64,000 bases of DNA from Candidatus Tayloriibacteriota bacterium (GCA_052034805.1 JBPOID010000001.1:28184-92183), one strand, 5' to 3'; numbered from the stretch's first letter, positions 1 through 10,465 are shown. Notes: generated by a model not told the origin, from the letters alone. A program made the numbers and translations.

Positions 1-512
1 ATAATAAAAATGAATGTATATAAACCATAATTCAAACTATATTTATAAATATCTCTTACTAGAATAGTTATAAATGGTAATTTTATATTCATACTTGTAA
101 AGAGAGGCATTATTTTGGGAAATATATACATAACCAAGAAAATAGTCATGAGAATAGTAGCTATAGCAATAAAAGATGGATAAACTAATGCACCTATTAT
201 TTTCTTTTTTAAATCTTTTGATCTCTCACCTATTTCTTTTGCTTGTTTTATGGATGAAGATAATAGACCAGATGATTCCCCATAAGAAATCATTGATATT
301 AATATTTGATCAAATTTTATACCACTTAATATAATACTTTTAGATAAAGGTATTCCCTTCATAATACTTTCTCTTATTTTATTTATGGAATTTTTATCTT
401 TTTTATTATTTTCCATATTGATAATAATAGAAAGAGTTTCTTCTATAGATATTCCAGAATCCATAAGATTGCCAATCTTTTCTATAAATTGTATTTGTCT
501 ATTTTTATTCAT
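1..512 (-). CDS. Type IV pilus / T2SS inner-membrane platform protein, PilC/GspF family. Only the N-terminal part lies in the window; the gene runs off the window start.
   Basis: Manual translation of the minus strand from ATG at 512 gives MNKNRQIQFIEKIGNLMDSGISIEETL...GESSGLL...ALVYPSFIAIATILMTIFLVMYIFPKIMPLF, a GspF-domain pattern. It lies directly downstream of the GspE/PilB ATPase gene on the same strand. Confidence 0.5.
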   Translation of the reverse strand, partial: MNKNRQIQFIEKIGNLMDSGISIEETLSIIINMENNKKDKNSINKIRESIMKGIPLSKSIILSGIKFDQILISMISYGESSGLLSSSIKQAKEIGERSKDLKKKIIGALVYPSFIAIATILMTIFLVMYIFPKIMPLFTSMNIKLPFITILVRDIYKYSLNYGLYTFIFI

Positions 513-545
513 ATTTTTTACTCATACAAAACTATTCATGTAATT

Positions 546-1676
546 TCATTCATGTAATACTCGCAAAACTTCTTCTTTTGTAGTTATTCCTTTTTCTACT
601 TTCTCCATTCCATCTTCGTACATCGATATCATGCCAGAAGCTCTTCCATAGCGAGATATCTCGGAAATAGAAATGCGTGACATTATATATTTCCTCATTT
701 CATCATCTATAATCAATGTTTCAGACAGAATAGTGCGACCTTTATAACCACTATTAGCACATACATCGCAACCGAGACCGATACAATGCACGCATACTTT
801 CCTAACAAGTCTCTGAGCTATAACAAGAGATAAGGTAGAAGCAACGAGATATGGATCAACACCCATATCTATAAGACGAGGTATACTCGCTATAGCAGAA
901 TTAGCATGTAGAGTAGATAATAATAAATGCCCAGTTAAAGAAATATTCGTAGCAATTTTCGCTGTTTCTGTATCTCTTATCTCACCAACCATTATGATAT
1001 CTGGATCCTGACGCACTATAGAGCGCAGACCATTGGCAAATGTAATACCATTCTTCTCTCTTATTTGTATTTGGCGTATTCCAGCCATGGCGTATTCTAT
1101 AGGATCTTCTAGAGTGATTATCGATGTATCACTTTTCAAAAGTAATTTGAGTAAGGTATATAGAGTAGAAGTTTTACCCGAACCCGTAGGTCCACAGACC
1201 AGAATCATTCCTTGATGTTTGGATAAACTTTCTTTTATTCTTTCTTCATCTCTATTAGAAAATCCCAATGCTCCTATAGTCGGAGTATCATTTTCTTTTA
1301 TAAGAATTCTCATCACTGCATTCTCTCCATAATGTGTAGGTATAATAGACACTCTAATATCACATTCACAAACACCTTGAGAAAATCTAAATCTACCGTC
1401 TTGAGGCATAAGATGTATATCTGTACGCAAAGAACTGAGTATCTTTATTCTGGCTATTATTTCTTCATGATTCTCTAATGGCAAACTATCTATATAAACC
1501 AAACTTCCATCTATGCGAAATCTAACTACCACAGAATCAATCGATGGATCTATATGTATATCTGAAGCATTTTTGTAATATCCATAAAGTATAAGCTGAT
1601 CTACTAATTCAATAGTTGATTCTATATCATGCAAAACTTTGCTTTCATTTAAAATTTCATAAATTTTTTCTTTCAT
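546..1676 (-). CDS. Type II/IV secretion ATPase, GspE/PilB family (no N1 domain)
   Basis: Walker A GPTGSGKTST, Asp box DPDIIMVGEIRD, His box LSTLHANS, C-terminal tetracysteine CVHCIGLGCDVC typical of PilB/GspE. Confidence 0.8.
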   Translation of the reverse strand: MKEKIYEILNESKVLHDIESTIELVDQLILYGYYKNASDIHIDPSIDSVVVRFRIDGSLVYIDSLPLENHEEIIARIKILSSLRTDIHLMPQDGRFRFSQGVCECDIRVSIIPTHYGENAVMRILIKENDTPTIGALGFSNRDEERIKESLSKHQGMILVCGPTGSGKTSTLYTLLKLLLKSDTSIITLEDPIEYAMAGIRQIQIREKNGITFANGLRSIVRQDPDIIMVGEIRDTETAKIATNISLTGHLLLSTLHANSAIASIPRLIDMGVDPYLVASTLSLVIAQRLVRKVCVHCIGLGCDVCANSGYKGRTILSETLIIDDEMRKYIMSRISISEISRYGRASGMISMYEDGMEKVEKGITTKEEVLRVLHE

Positions 1677-1858
1677 AAGAAAAGAATATCAATCGATAAT
1701 AAAAGAAAAATAAAAAAATAATAAAGAAACAATAAAGATTTTATAAGAAGATAAAATGAACAATTATGTCAATATTTGTATCAATAAACCCTAATAAATA
1801 GCCCATATATAGATATATTGACCAGATGGGTGTTTGTATGCTTTACTATATACTCGTT

Positions 1859-3643
1859 ATGGATATAAGAAATATAGCAATAATAGCCCATGTGGATCAT
1901 GGAAAGACCACATTAACCGACGCTATCATGACTCAATGTGGTCATGGTGATGAAGGTTCTATGGACTCAAACGCCTTGGAACAAGAGCGTGGTATTACTA
2001 TTTATGCAAAGAATACATCTATAAAATACAAAGATACTAAGATAAATATAGTAGATACTCCTGGACATGCAGATTTCGGATCAGAAGTTGAACGTGTTCT
2101 ACGTTCTATAGATACAGTTCTATTAGTGGTAGATGCACAGGAAGGTCCTATGCCTCAGACAAGATTCGTATTGAAAAAGTCATTGGAGCTTGGTTTGAAA
2201 CCGATAGTAGTTATAAATAAAATAGACAAACAAGCAGCCAATCCAGAATTAGCTCATGAACAAGTCTTGGAACTTTTCATGGAGCTTGGTGCAAATGATG
2301 CTCAATTAGATTTCCCTACAATATATGCCATAGGTAGAAATGGAGTAGCTATGAAGAAAGTTACCGATGAAAGAAAAGATATAACTCCATTACTTGATAC
2401 TATATTGGAACATGTACCAGCTGCAAATAGAAATGCTGAGGCACCTCTTACTCTACAAGTTTTCAATCTTGGTTATGATAATTTCTTGGGAAGATTGGCT
2501 ATAGGACGTATATATGATGGAAAAATAAAGAATGGACAAAATGTATTTGTAAAGAAAATAAATGGTCAAACTGTATCAGGTAAAGTTACAAAGCTTTTTA
2601 CATTTGAAGGAAAAAAGAGAGTAGAAATAGATGAAGCAAGTTCTGGAGATATTATAACTGTTGCTGGATTACCAGAAATTTTCATTGGAGAAACAATAAC
2701 AGATAATGAAACAACAGAAGCATTAGAAGCTATAAAAATAGATGAACCTACAATTTCTCTAAACTTTCTTGTTAATAATTCCCCTTTCGCTGGACGTGAA
2801 GGCAAATTCGTTACAGGTAGACAAATCCGAGAAAGACTAGAAAAGGAATTAGAAATAAACGTTGGATTAAAAGTAGATTTTAGTTCAAATGAATATTACA
2901 AAGTATTTGGCCGTGGAGAATTACATATAGCAATTCTACTAGAGAATATGCGTCGTGAAGGTTATGAACTTCAAGTTTCTCAACCTCAAGTTATTATAAA
3001 AGATATAAACGGAATAAAGAGTGAACCATTCGAAGAGCTTACAATAGATGTACCGGATGTATCCACAGGAGTTATTATAGAAAAATTAGGACAAAGAAAG
3101 GCCACAATGTTAGATATGAAAACAAAGGATGGACAAACTCGTATGGTATTCGATATCCCTACTCGTGGACTTCTAGGTTATAGAAGTGTATTCGTTATAG
3201 ATACAAAAGGTGAAGGAATACTAGGTAGTAGATTCACAGATTTCAAAGAATATGTTGGAGAAATAGAGAAACATAGTACAGGATCTATGACATCTATGAT
3301 GTCAGGAAAAGCTCTTGCTTTCGCATTATGGAATTTACAAGATCGTGGAAGAATATTCATCGAACCAACTACAGAAGTTTATGAAGGAATGGTTGTTGGA
3401 GATGTGTCTAAAGGTGAAGATATGGACGTGAATCCATGTAAAGGAAAAGCAATGTCAAATATGCGTTCTTCAGGAAATGATGAACATATTATGCTTACTC
3501 CGGCTTGGAAATTGGATATAGAAAGAGGATTAGAGACAATGCGTGAAGATGAATATCTAGAAATAACTCCTATAAATGTACGTTTACGCAAGAAATTCCT
3601 AACAGCCACAGATAGAGCTCGAGCAGGAAGAAAGGATATCTAA
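1859..3643 (+). CDS. typA: Translational GTPase TypA/BipA
   Basis: [18 protein letters not shown]1 motif and DTPGHADF. Length and EF-G-like domain order fit. Start taken at MDIRNIAII rather than the upstream in-frame Met. Confidence 0.9.
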   Translation: MDIRNIAIIAHVDHGKTTLTDAIMTQCGHGDEGSMDSNALEQERGITIYAKNTSIKYKDTKINIVDTPGHADFGSEVERVLRSIDTVLLVVDAQEGPMPQTRFVLKKSLELGLKPIVVINKIDKQAANPELAHEQVLELFMELGANDAQLDFPTIYAIGRNGVAMKKVTDERKDITPLLDTILEHVPAANRNAEAPLTLQVFNLGYDNFLGRLAIGRIYDGKIKNGQNVFVKKINGQTVSGKVTKLFTFEGKKRVEIDEASSGDIITVAGLPEIFIGETITDNETTEALEAIKIDEPTISLNFLVNNSPFAGREGKFVTGRQIRERLEKELEINVGLKVDFSSNEYYKVFGRGELHIAILLENMRREGYELQVSQPQVIIKDINGIKSEPFEELTIDVPDVSTGVIIEKLGQRKATMLDMKTKDGQTRMVFDIPTRGLLGYRSVFVIDTKGEGILGSRFTDFKEYVGEIEKHSTGSMTSMMSGKALAFALWNLQDRGRIFIEPTTEVYEGMVVGDVSKGEDMDVNPCKGKAMSNMRSSGNDEHIMLTPAWKLDIERGLETMREDEYLEITPINVRLRKKFLTATDRARAGRKDI

Positions 3644-3650
3644 TTTATAA

Positions 3651-4658
3651 TTAATTCCATTTTGCTTTTATATATTCTGATGCTTCACTCATAGAGAATG
3701 GCTGAGTAGAATTACCAACCCTAACAAAGAAATCTTCTTTATTATCACCATTTGTAAGATAAGCTGGTTTATGAGCTTCTTTTACTGTTACTATACATAC
3801 CTCTCTTTCAAGATTTTCTTTATTTTCATTTTCTTGTATTTCTACTTTTTCAAATTTTATATTTATATATTTAGCAAAAGATAAACCTATCATATTCTTT
3901 ATCAGAGTATTTATATAATTCTCAAATCCATCTTTATTTTTCTTCTGTTGTAATGTTTTATAATCATTATCTAAACCCATTATTTGACCTTCATCGTTTA
4001 CACCGATTATAAGAGTACCCCCAGAAGCATTCAAGAAACCTACAATAGTTTTCATTACGGCCTTTTCCATTTCTTTATTTACCTCTTTCTTTCTAATATC
4101 ATAACGCAATGTTTCTTTGAATTCTAAAAATAGCCCTTCACCTTCTTCTATTAGGGTTTTTACATCTCTAGAAATTATTTTTCCAGAAGAATTGTATATC
4201 ATTTTCTTTATTATTTTTACATATTCTTCGAAATTAGATACATTTTTTATTTTAGTTATTCTCTGATTATTATGCTCCAAAACAATAGTTGCATGATTCA
4301 TCATTCTACCCAAAGGACTTTGATATATCTCAACAGAAGCAACATCAGAAAGACTTACTGATTTTCTCTTACGGAATAGAAGTCCAGATTTTCTTATTAT
4401 TTCATTTTCTCTTATTTCATAATGAGAGAAATACCAATCCAAGAAAAGTAAATTGATATAAATTATCTGAAATAGAGCTGAGATTATAACCTCAAAGACA
4501 TCAAATCTGAGATAATTATGTAAACCCAAATACTTGAAATATAATTCATAATTACCAAGGAAAGAGACACTAAATAATAGAATAGAAGCGATTATTTCCA
4601 TGGTTAATAGATTTCTCAGAAAAACCAAAGGTCCTTCTTTTATTATTACAGCTTTCAT
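3651..4658 (-). CDS. Membrane protein: N-terminal two-TM bacterial PH (bPH_2-like) region fused to an AlbA_2 / Schlafen-type putative nucleic-acid-binding domain
   Basis: N-terminal hydrophobic helices then GLLFRKRKSVSLSDVASVEIYQSPLGRMMNHATIVLE (bPH_2-like). C-terminal LEFKETL...KTIVGFLNASGGTLIIGVNDEGQIMGLD matches the AlbA_2 (PF04326) signature. Confidence 0.6.
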   Translation of the reverse strand: MKAVIIKEGPLVFLRNLLTMEIIASILLFSVSFLGNYELYFKYLGLHNYLRFDVFEVIISALFQIIYINLLFLDWYFSHYEIRENEIIRKSGLLFRKRKSVSLSDVASVEIYQSPLGRMMNHATIVLEHNNQRITKIKNVSNFEEYVKIIKKMIYNSSGKIISRDVKTLIEEGEGLFLEFKETLRYDIRKKEVNKEMEKAVMKTIVGFLNASGGTLIIGVNDEGQIMGLDNDYKTLQQKKNKDGFENYINTLIKNMIGLSFAKYINIKFEKVEIQENENKENLEREVCIVTVKEAHKPAYLTNGDNKEDFFVRVGNSTQPFSMSEASEYIKAKWN

Positions 4659-4698
4659 ATAACTATATTAACACATATTTTAGGGTTTATTTTTAATA

Positions 4699-4726
4699 TT
4701 GACATATGTCTTATAAATGATATAAT
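4699..4726 (+). promoter_or_regulatory. Perfect-consensus sigma70 promoter TTGACA-16-TATAAT
   Basis: TTGACA at 4699-4704 and TATAAT at 4721-4726, 17 nt upstream of the ATG at 4743. Confidence 0.5.
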
Positions 4727-4742
4727 TACATTAGAAAAGCAT

Positions 4743-4856
4743 ATGAAAACGATTGAAAAAATTGTAATGTCTTATGAATTCCCAATGATCTTTGGTGGAG
4801 TTGTCTTTGCCATCGTGAGCGGTGCTTTCATGGTTTGGGCAATATTTCAAAAATGA
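4743..4856 (+). CDS. 37-aa hydrophobic small peptide (MKTIEKIVMSYEFPMIFGGVVFAIVSGAFMVWAIFQK); single-TM small membrane protein
   Basis: Hand-translated ORF, absent from the track because it is short. It has its own consensus promoter and terminator, and slightly elevated local G+C. Confidence 0.4.
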   Translation: MKTIEKIVMSYEFPMIFGGVVFAIVSGAFMVWAIFQK

Positions 4857-4869
4857 AAAGATCAACAAG

Positions 4870-4910
4870 AAACCCTCGCAAGTCAAAAGACTTTAGCGGG
4901 GGTTTATTTT
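4870..4910 (+). terminator. Rho-independent terminator
   Basis: Stem AAACCCTCGC ... GCGGGGGTTT followed by TTTATTTT. Confidence 0.5.
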
Positions 4911-5590
4911 ATAATTCTGGTTCTATTTATTGAATATGCTATAGCATTATTATTATGAGCTAAAACTCTCATATAAGTACCGCTGGAACACGATATTCTA
5001 AGCTTAATTATTTTAAATATTGAATTTCCATATTTCTTAGCGAAATCTTGCCAACATTTTATTATTTTTTCCTGCCTAAAATCACCTTTCACTTTCTTTA
5101 TTTTCTCTATACTTTCTTTTGCTATATCTTTACCATTTTTATTTATTTCATCTAGTTTTTCTATTTCATATATTTCTACTTTTTTACTAGGCATTTCTTC
5201 TAAAGCATCTCTATTTTCATCTTTCATGGCAATTATTTTTGAACTATATCGTGGATATTCTTGGTCAAATTTCCCTTTCCATTTTTCCATATTAAATTCT
5301 TCAATTTTATCAATTTCTACATTCTCTATAATCCCCAATACATCATAACTATCTGTCTTTATACCGAATAACATTTCTATTTCATATTCTTTATCTAAAC
5401 CTAGATATTTTTCTTTATTTTTGCATTCATCACCAATGAGAATAATCATAAGCCCATAAGCCATAGGATCGAGACGTCCGGCATAAGTCATAGGTATTGA
5501 TTTATCTATATTATTCTCTATACGAATCCTTTCCAAGCATTCCAAAGGCGTTTCTCCTATTATTTTGTTTGAAATAATGACATTTTTCAT
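4904..5590 (-). CDS. truB: tRNA pseudouridine(55) synthase, TruB family
   Basis: AGRLDPMAYGLM (catalytic Asp motif, compare GALDPLATGML) and CSSGTYMRVLA (compare CSKGTYIRT). Confidence 0.7.
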   Translation of the reverse strand: MKNVIISNKIIGETPLECLERIRIENNIDKSIPMTYAGRLDPMAYGLMIILIGDECKNKEKYLGLDKEYEIEMLFGIKTDSYDVLGIIENVEIDKIEEFNMEKWKGKFDQEYPRYSSKIIAMKDENRDALEEMPSKKVEIYEIEKLDEINKNGKDIAKESIEKIKKVKGDFRQEKIIKCWQDFAKKYGNSIFKIIKLRISCSSGTYMRVLAHNNNAIAYSINRTRIIK

Positions 5591-5602
5591 AACTTTGTTA
5601 CA

Positions 5603-6886
5603 ATGTATACTATGAGCAAAAACTTATCAACTGATTCATATAAAGGAGTTAGGGATTTCTATCCAGAGGATATGTCAGTACAGAATCATATATTCAGTAT
5701 ATGGAGAGATACTGTAGAAAAATATGGATATGAAGAATACAATGCATCTGTATTGGAACCTGCGGATCTATATAGAGCAAAGAGTGGTGAAGAAATAGTA
5801 AATGAACAAACATATACATTTACCGATAGAGGTGATAGAGAAGTAACTCTTCGTCCAGAAATGACTCCAACTGTAGCCAGAATGGTCGCAGGTAAACGTC
5901 GTGAATTAGTATTCCCTATTCGTTGGTATTCTATACCTAATCTCTTTAGATATGAACAGCCACAAAGAGGCAGATTGCGTGAACATTGGCAATTAAATGT
6001 AGATATATTTGGCATAACAGGAATACAAGCAGAAATTGAAATAATACAAATAGCATACGACATAACGAAAAAGTTAGGTCTAAATGATAATAATTTTGAA
6101 ATAAGAATAAATAATCGAAAGGTTATGAATTATATAACCAAAGAAGTATTCGGATTAGATGATAATAAATCACATAAGCTTTCAAAATTGATCGACAAGA
6201 AAGATAAAATGGATAAAAAAGCTTTTGAACAAGCTTCCGAAGAAATATTAGGAGAAAATACAATAAAATTCATAACATTACTTAATTCAAAAAATTTCGA
6301 AGAATTCACTACACATTTACCACAAACAAAAGAAGAACACGAAGGAATGAAAGAGATAAAAGGAGTTATAGAATCTCTAGAAAAATTAGGCATAACAAAT
6401 GCTAGATTCGATCAGACTTTGATGAGAGGTTTTGATTATTATACTGGTATAGTATTCGAAATATTCGACAAAAATCCAGAAAATAGAAGATCTGTATTCG
6501 GCGGAGGACGTTATGATGATTTACTTTCTCTATTCGGTGGAGAGAAAATACCAGCAGTAGGATTCGGTACTGGTGATGTTATATCTCGCGATTTATTGGA
6601 AACATACGGTAAATTAGATGAAATAAAGAAAGGTTCGGCAGATATAGCTATATGTGTAGTTGGTGAACAGAATACTGGATATGCACTGGACTTGGCACAA
6701 GATATGCGTAATAAAGGAAAAAGAGTAATGATTGATTTTTCATTAAAGAAATTAGGAGATAAAATATCAAATGCAGATAAAAGAAAAATAAAAAAAGTAA
6801 TTTGCATAGGTGATGAAGAAGTAAAAACAGGTAAATATAAAGTAAAGAATCTAGACAGCGGAAATGAAGAAGAATTTAATAAATAA
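5603..6886 (+). CDS. hisS: Histidyl-tRNA synthetase
   Basis: Class II aaRS motifs: KGVRDFYPED, RWYSIPNLFRYEQPQRGRLREHWQLNVDIFG, C-terminal anticodon-binding domain. Confidence 0.85.
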   Translation: MYTMSKNLSTDSYKGVRDFYPEDMSVQNHIFSIWRDTVEKYGYEEYNASVLEPADLYRAKSGEEIVNEQTYTFTDRGDREVTLRPEMTPTVARMVAGKRRELVFPIRWYSIPNLFRYEQPQRGRLREHWQLNVDIFGITGIQAEIEIIQIAYDITKKLGLNDNNFEIRINNRKVMNYITKEVFGLDDNKSHKLSKLIDKKDKMDKKAFEQASEEILGENTIKFITLLNSKNFEEFTTHLPQTKEEHEGMKEIKGVIESLEKLGITNARFDQTLMRGFDYYTGIVFEIFDKNPENRRSVFGGGRYDDLLSLFGGEKIPAVGFGTGDVISRDLLETYGKLDEIKKGSADIAICVVGEQNTGYALDLAQDMRNKGKRVMIDFSLKKLGDKISNADKRKIKKVICIGDEEVKTGKYKVKNLDSGNEEEFNK

Positions 6887-6960
6887 ATTCAATAAATAAT
6901 AAGAAATAGAATTTGAAATTATACTGGTAAAAAAATTACACCGGAAAAAGAAAGAAGAAA

Positions 6961-7545
6961 ATGAGAAATATCACACTAGATATAGAAACAAAAAATATTT
7001 TTCAAGATGTAGGATCGAATGATCCAAAAGCTTTAGATATATCTGTTGTATGTATTCATGATTCATCAGATGATAGTTATAAAAGTTTTTTGGAAAAAGA
7101 TTTTGTTAATCTTTGGCCAATAATAGAAAAGGCAGATGCCATAATCACATGGAATGGTGATCATTTTGATATTCCCCTTCTGAATAAATATTATTCTGGA
7201 GATTTAAGTAAAATAAAGAGCATAGATCTCATGAAAGAAGTTAAAGATGTATTAGGAAGAAGATTGAAATTAGATACAGTAGCTGAAGCAACATTAGGAA
7301 GAAATAAAAGCGGTCATGGTCTAGAAGCCGTAGAATGGTGGAGAAATGGTGAAATAGATAAAATAATAAAATATTGTATAGAAGATGTGAAAATTACCAA
7401 GGAATTATATGATTATGCAATAGCAAATAATAAATTAAAATATAAAGATTTATCCTTGAATGGACAAATATATGATATAAAATTAAACACTTCGAAATGG
7501 CAAGAAAAGACTGATCATGCTATGACTTTTACTTTACCATTCTAA
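6961..7545 (+). CDS. Predicted 3'-5' exonuclease, RNase H-like fold (RNase_H_2 / YprB-like)
   Basis: ITLDIETKNIF ... ITWNGDHFDIPLL ... YCIEDV pattern (DEDD-type acidic residues). Confidence 0.5.
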   Translation: MRNITLDIETKNIFQDVGSNDPKALDISVVCIHDSSDDSYKSFLEKDFVNLWPIIEKADAIITWNGDHFDIPLLNKYYSGDLSKIKSIDLMKEVKDVLGRRLKLDTVAEATLGRNKSGHGLEAVEWWRNGEIDKIIKYCIEDVKITKELYDYAIANNKLKYKDLSLNGQIYDIKLNTSKWQEKTDHAMTFTLPF

Positions 7546-7617
7546 ATGTGTATAATTGTGTGACTAAAAGCGAAAGTTAGTAATTTAATAGATAAAATTA
7601 GAATAAATAAAATAAAG

Positions 7618-8403
7618 ATGAAAAAAATAATATTAGCGATTATAGTTTTATTAATAATACTAATAGCAATATTTTCTATGAAAGGAAATAAAAATAATAC
7701 AATAAAAAACCCAAATCCAGTAATAGAAACAGCGACAACTACAGTAAAGGCTCCAGCACCTATATTTATAGACGGTGTTAAATTGGTAGATGGTTCATAC
7801 AATGTAAATCCATCAGATGCAAAGCTTGTTTGGACAGGAAAGAAAAAGATATTAAAGACTTGGATAGATAGTGGAAATATAGATCTAAAAGAAGCGGTAT
7901 TTGAGGTAAAAGATGGAGCAATAACATCAAATAAATTCGTTATAGATATGACAACTATATCTCCTTTGAATACAGGCATGGGAAAAGGCAAAGGTACTGA
8001 TCAATTAAGTACTCATTTGAAATCTGCTGATTTCTTTGATGCTACAACATTCCCTGAATCAACTTTTATAGTTAAAAGCTTTGCTAGTACAACAGATTCA
8101 AAGACAAAGAAACAAACAAATATGTTCCTAGTAAAGGGTGATCTTACAATAAAAGGAATAACAAATGAAATAACAGTACCAGCATCATTTAGCTATAGCG
8201 ATGCAAATACAATAGCAATAAAAGGTAATGTTGATATAGATAGAACTCTATGGAATATACGTTATGGATCAGATAGTTTCTTCGATAATCTAGGTAATAA
8301 TGTTATAGAAAATTCATTCAATCTAGCATTTGATATAAAATTAAAGATAAACAGTACAGCTACAAGTACAGGAGTTACAACAGCAACAAGTACAAAGAAA
8401 TAA
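7618..8403 (+). CDS. Secreted YceI-like domain protein
   Basis: Signal peptide/TM, then LVWTGKKKILKTWIDSGNIDLKEAVFEV ... FLVKGDLTIKGITNEITVP, YceI-like. Confidence 0.65.
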   Translation: MKKIILAIIVLLIILIAIFSMKGNKNNTIKNPNPVIETATTTVKAPAPIFIDGVKLVDGSYNVNPSDAKLVWTGKKKILKTWIDSGNIDLKEAVFEVKDGAITSNKFVIDMTTISPLNTGMGKGKGTDQLSTHLKSADFFDATTFPESTFIVKSFASTTDSKTKKQTNMFLVKGDLTIKGITNEITVPASFSYSDANTIAIKGNVDIDRTLWNIRYGSDSFFDNLGNNVIENSFNLAFDIKLKINSTATSTGVTTATSTKK

Positions 8404-8405
8404 TA

Positions 8406-9017
8406 TTATTTCTTTAAAAGTTCCTCATGTCCTTCTGATTGCCATTCCATAATGGCTGGAACTGGCTTTACCAACATAAGAACATTCAAGGTTAGATTAT
8501 CTCTAAACCACCACAGACAACCAAGTTCAAAGACAATAATAAGCAAAATTGTTATCCAAACTTTGCTATATCTAGCAATAATAAAACCTATACCAGCCAT
8601 AATCACATCTGAAACAGAATTAAGTACACTATCTCCTATATATCCAAGTGCAATAGTTACTTCTCTATAGCGATTTATTATAAGTGGTGAATTTTCTAAA
8701 AGCTCCCAACCAGCTTCTATAATAAGAGCAATTAGAAAACGGTATTTCATAGGTAAACGTCTAGCTATAAGCCATAAGAAAGCATAGAAAAGCATACCAT
8801 GAATAATATGTGAGAAAGAATATGCATCAGCTACACGCTGAGAGTTTTCACTACTCCATACATCATTATCCCACCAACCGAATCGTCCATCAGGGCCAAG
8901 GGGTGAACGACCATTATGAAGTTCTATAGTTGCAGTTATAGCAAGAACAGCAAAACAAGCTAATAAAGTATAAACGAGAGATCGATGACGATGAAGAAAA
9001 TCTAAAAATTTTTTCAT
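8406..9017 (-). CDS. Polytopic membrane protein (possibly DUF2585/UPF0314-like)
   Basis: Several TM helices and a Trp-rich periplasmic loop. No catalytic motif recognised. Confidence 0.4.
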   Translation of the reverse strand: MKKFLDFLHRHRSLVYTLLACFAVLAITATIELHNGRSPLGPDGRFGWWDNDVWSSENSQRVADAYSFSHIIHGMLFYAFLWLIARRLPMKYRFLIALIIEAGWELLENSPLIINRYREVTIALGYIGDSVLNSVSDVIMAGIGFIIARYSKVWITILLIIVFELGCLWWFRDNLTLNVLMLVKPVPAIMEWQSEGHEELLKK

Positions 9018-9076
9018 ATTATTTATTAAATATGTTTAATACATAATATATTAACAAATAATATATAAGAAGATAA

Positions 9077-9646
9077 TTAGTATTTTCTAATAACTCCTTT
9101 CACGACAGCGGCTATATTGAGTTCGTATTCTGGATGTATTGCTTTATATTTTTTATTAGCAGGTTCAAGATAAATATCTTTACCAGGCTTTTTCCTCAAA
9201 AATTTCATAGTCCAACCACCATCTACTTCGGCTATTACTATATCACCGTCTTTGGGTTCTTTTGTTCTCTCTACAACTACCAAATCCCCTTCTTTAATCC
9301 CCTCTTCTATCATAGAATCTCCTTTAACTTCTAGAATAAAAGTTTTAGAAATATCATTTATTAGATAATCATCAAAACTCATAGTATCTAAAAGCTCTTC
9401 TTCTGCCACTGTTGGCAATCCAGCTTCTACCAAGCCCAAGAAAGGTGTCTCGTTCTTGAGCTTTTTAGGTATAAGTCTACCATTAGAATCTTTACCTATA
9501 ATATTCTCCGCAACCAGCTTGTTCACAAGCTTATATACTGAATTTTTAGATTTGAAGCCAAGCAAGGTCATAATTTCCTGATAGCTAGGCATTCTCTTCT
9601 TTTCAGAATAAAAAGAAACAATTTTTTGTTTATAGTTATTATTCAT
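9077..9646 (-). CDS. lexA: LexA repressor (S24 peptidase)
   Basis: N-terminal winged HTH, GLVEAGLPTVAEE hinge, VKGDSMIEEGIKEGDLVVVE (Ser nucleophile), AEVDGGWTMKFL, AVVKGVIRKY (Lys). Collinear with E. coli LexA. Confidence 0.85.
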   Translation of the reverse strand: MNNNYKQKIVSFYSEKKRMPSYQEIMTLLGFKSKNSVYKLVNKLVAENIIGKDSNGRLIPKKLKNETPFLGLVEAGLPTVAEEELLDTMSFDDYLINDISKTFILEVKGDSMIEEGIKEGDLVVVERTKEPKDGDIVIAEVDGGWTMKFLRKKPGKDIYLEPANKKYKAIHPEYELNIAAVVKGVIRKY

Positions 9647-9653
9647 TTAATTT

Positions 9654-10046
9654 TTAAAATAAGAAAGCAGATACATATCGACCAAGCATTCCGAAAAAAC
9701 CTAATGTATTTTTATTTGAAGTCTTTACAGAATTTTTCACAATAGATTCTGTAACTGGTTTTAGAATCCTTGAATATGTTTCTTTTCTTGATTTTAGAGA
9801 ATTCAATTGAGATATGAGGAATTTATGTCTACGAGAAAGATCCTTGTATGAAATACCCTTTATTATTCTCATATCAATAAGTGCATTGATATTCTTTATT
9901 TCTCTATGAATTTCTTTTTTTAAGGTGTATTTACTCATATTTTTATTTGAATTAATTAATAATTTATTTATAAATATATTATAGGTGAACGTACGTTCAC
10001 CGTCAATAAAAATATGTGGATAAGTAACTAAAAATAGAATTATCAT
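9654..10046 (-). CDS. Hypothetical protein, first gene of the lexA operon. The true start may be the internal Met, MSKYTLKK.
   Basis: ORF abuts lexA (7-nt gap) on the same strand. No recognisable domain. Confidence 0.35.
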   Translation of the reverse strand: MIILFLVTYPHIFIDGERTFTYNIFINKLLINSNKNMSKYTLKKEIHREIKNINALIDMRIIKGISYKDLSRRHKFLISQLNSLKSRKETYSRILKPVTESIVKNSVKTSNKNTLGFFGMLGRYVSAFLF

Positions 10047-10148
10047 GAAATATATGATATAAAATACATAGAAAATGATTCTTGAATAAAATTAGGAATC
10101 ATGAATAGAACAAGGTGACGGGAGTAACCTTAAACAAAGGGAGAACGT

Positions 10149-10451
10149 ATGGTAAATGGCAATTATGTCAAACAAGGAGAATACTATACTGTTGATGGTC
10201 ATAGATGGAAAGCTGAAGAACCCATTCGCGATAGGAATGGGAAAATTGTAAGCTGGAAACTTACTCGTATGATTACTTCGGTTTTTAAGTTCAATGACAA
10301 AAGAAAAGCCGATATAATCCGTACTGAAAGACAAATACTCGAATTAGATGCCGATAGTCATGTGACAAATATAGCAAAGGAACTTCAAGATTCTGGAGCG
10401 GGACATCATATGGCCAAAGGCGTCATGAACAGAAGATGTGGTAGGAGGTAA
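10149..10451 (+). CDS. Hypothetical 100-aa protein, G+C-atypical
   Basis: Strong SD (AAAGGGAGAACGT-ATG), own terminator, local G+C visibly above background. Divergent from the lexA operon. Confidence 0.5.
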   Translation: MVNGNYVKQGEYYTVDGHRWKAEEPIRDRNGKIVSWKLTRMITSVFKFNDKRKADIIRTERQILELDADSHVTNIAKELQDSGAGHHMAKGVMNRRCGRR

Positions 10452-10465
10452 ATAACAATCAATTT

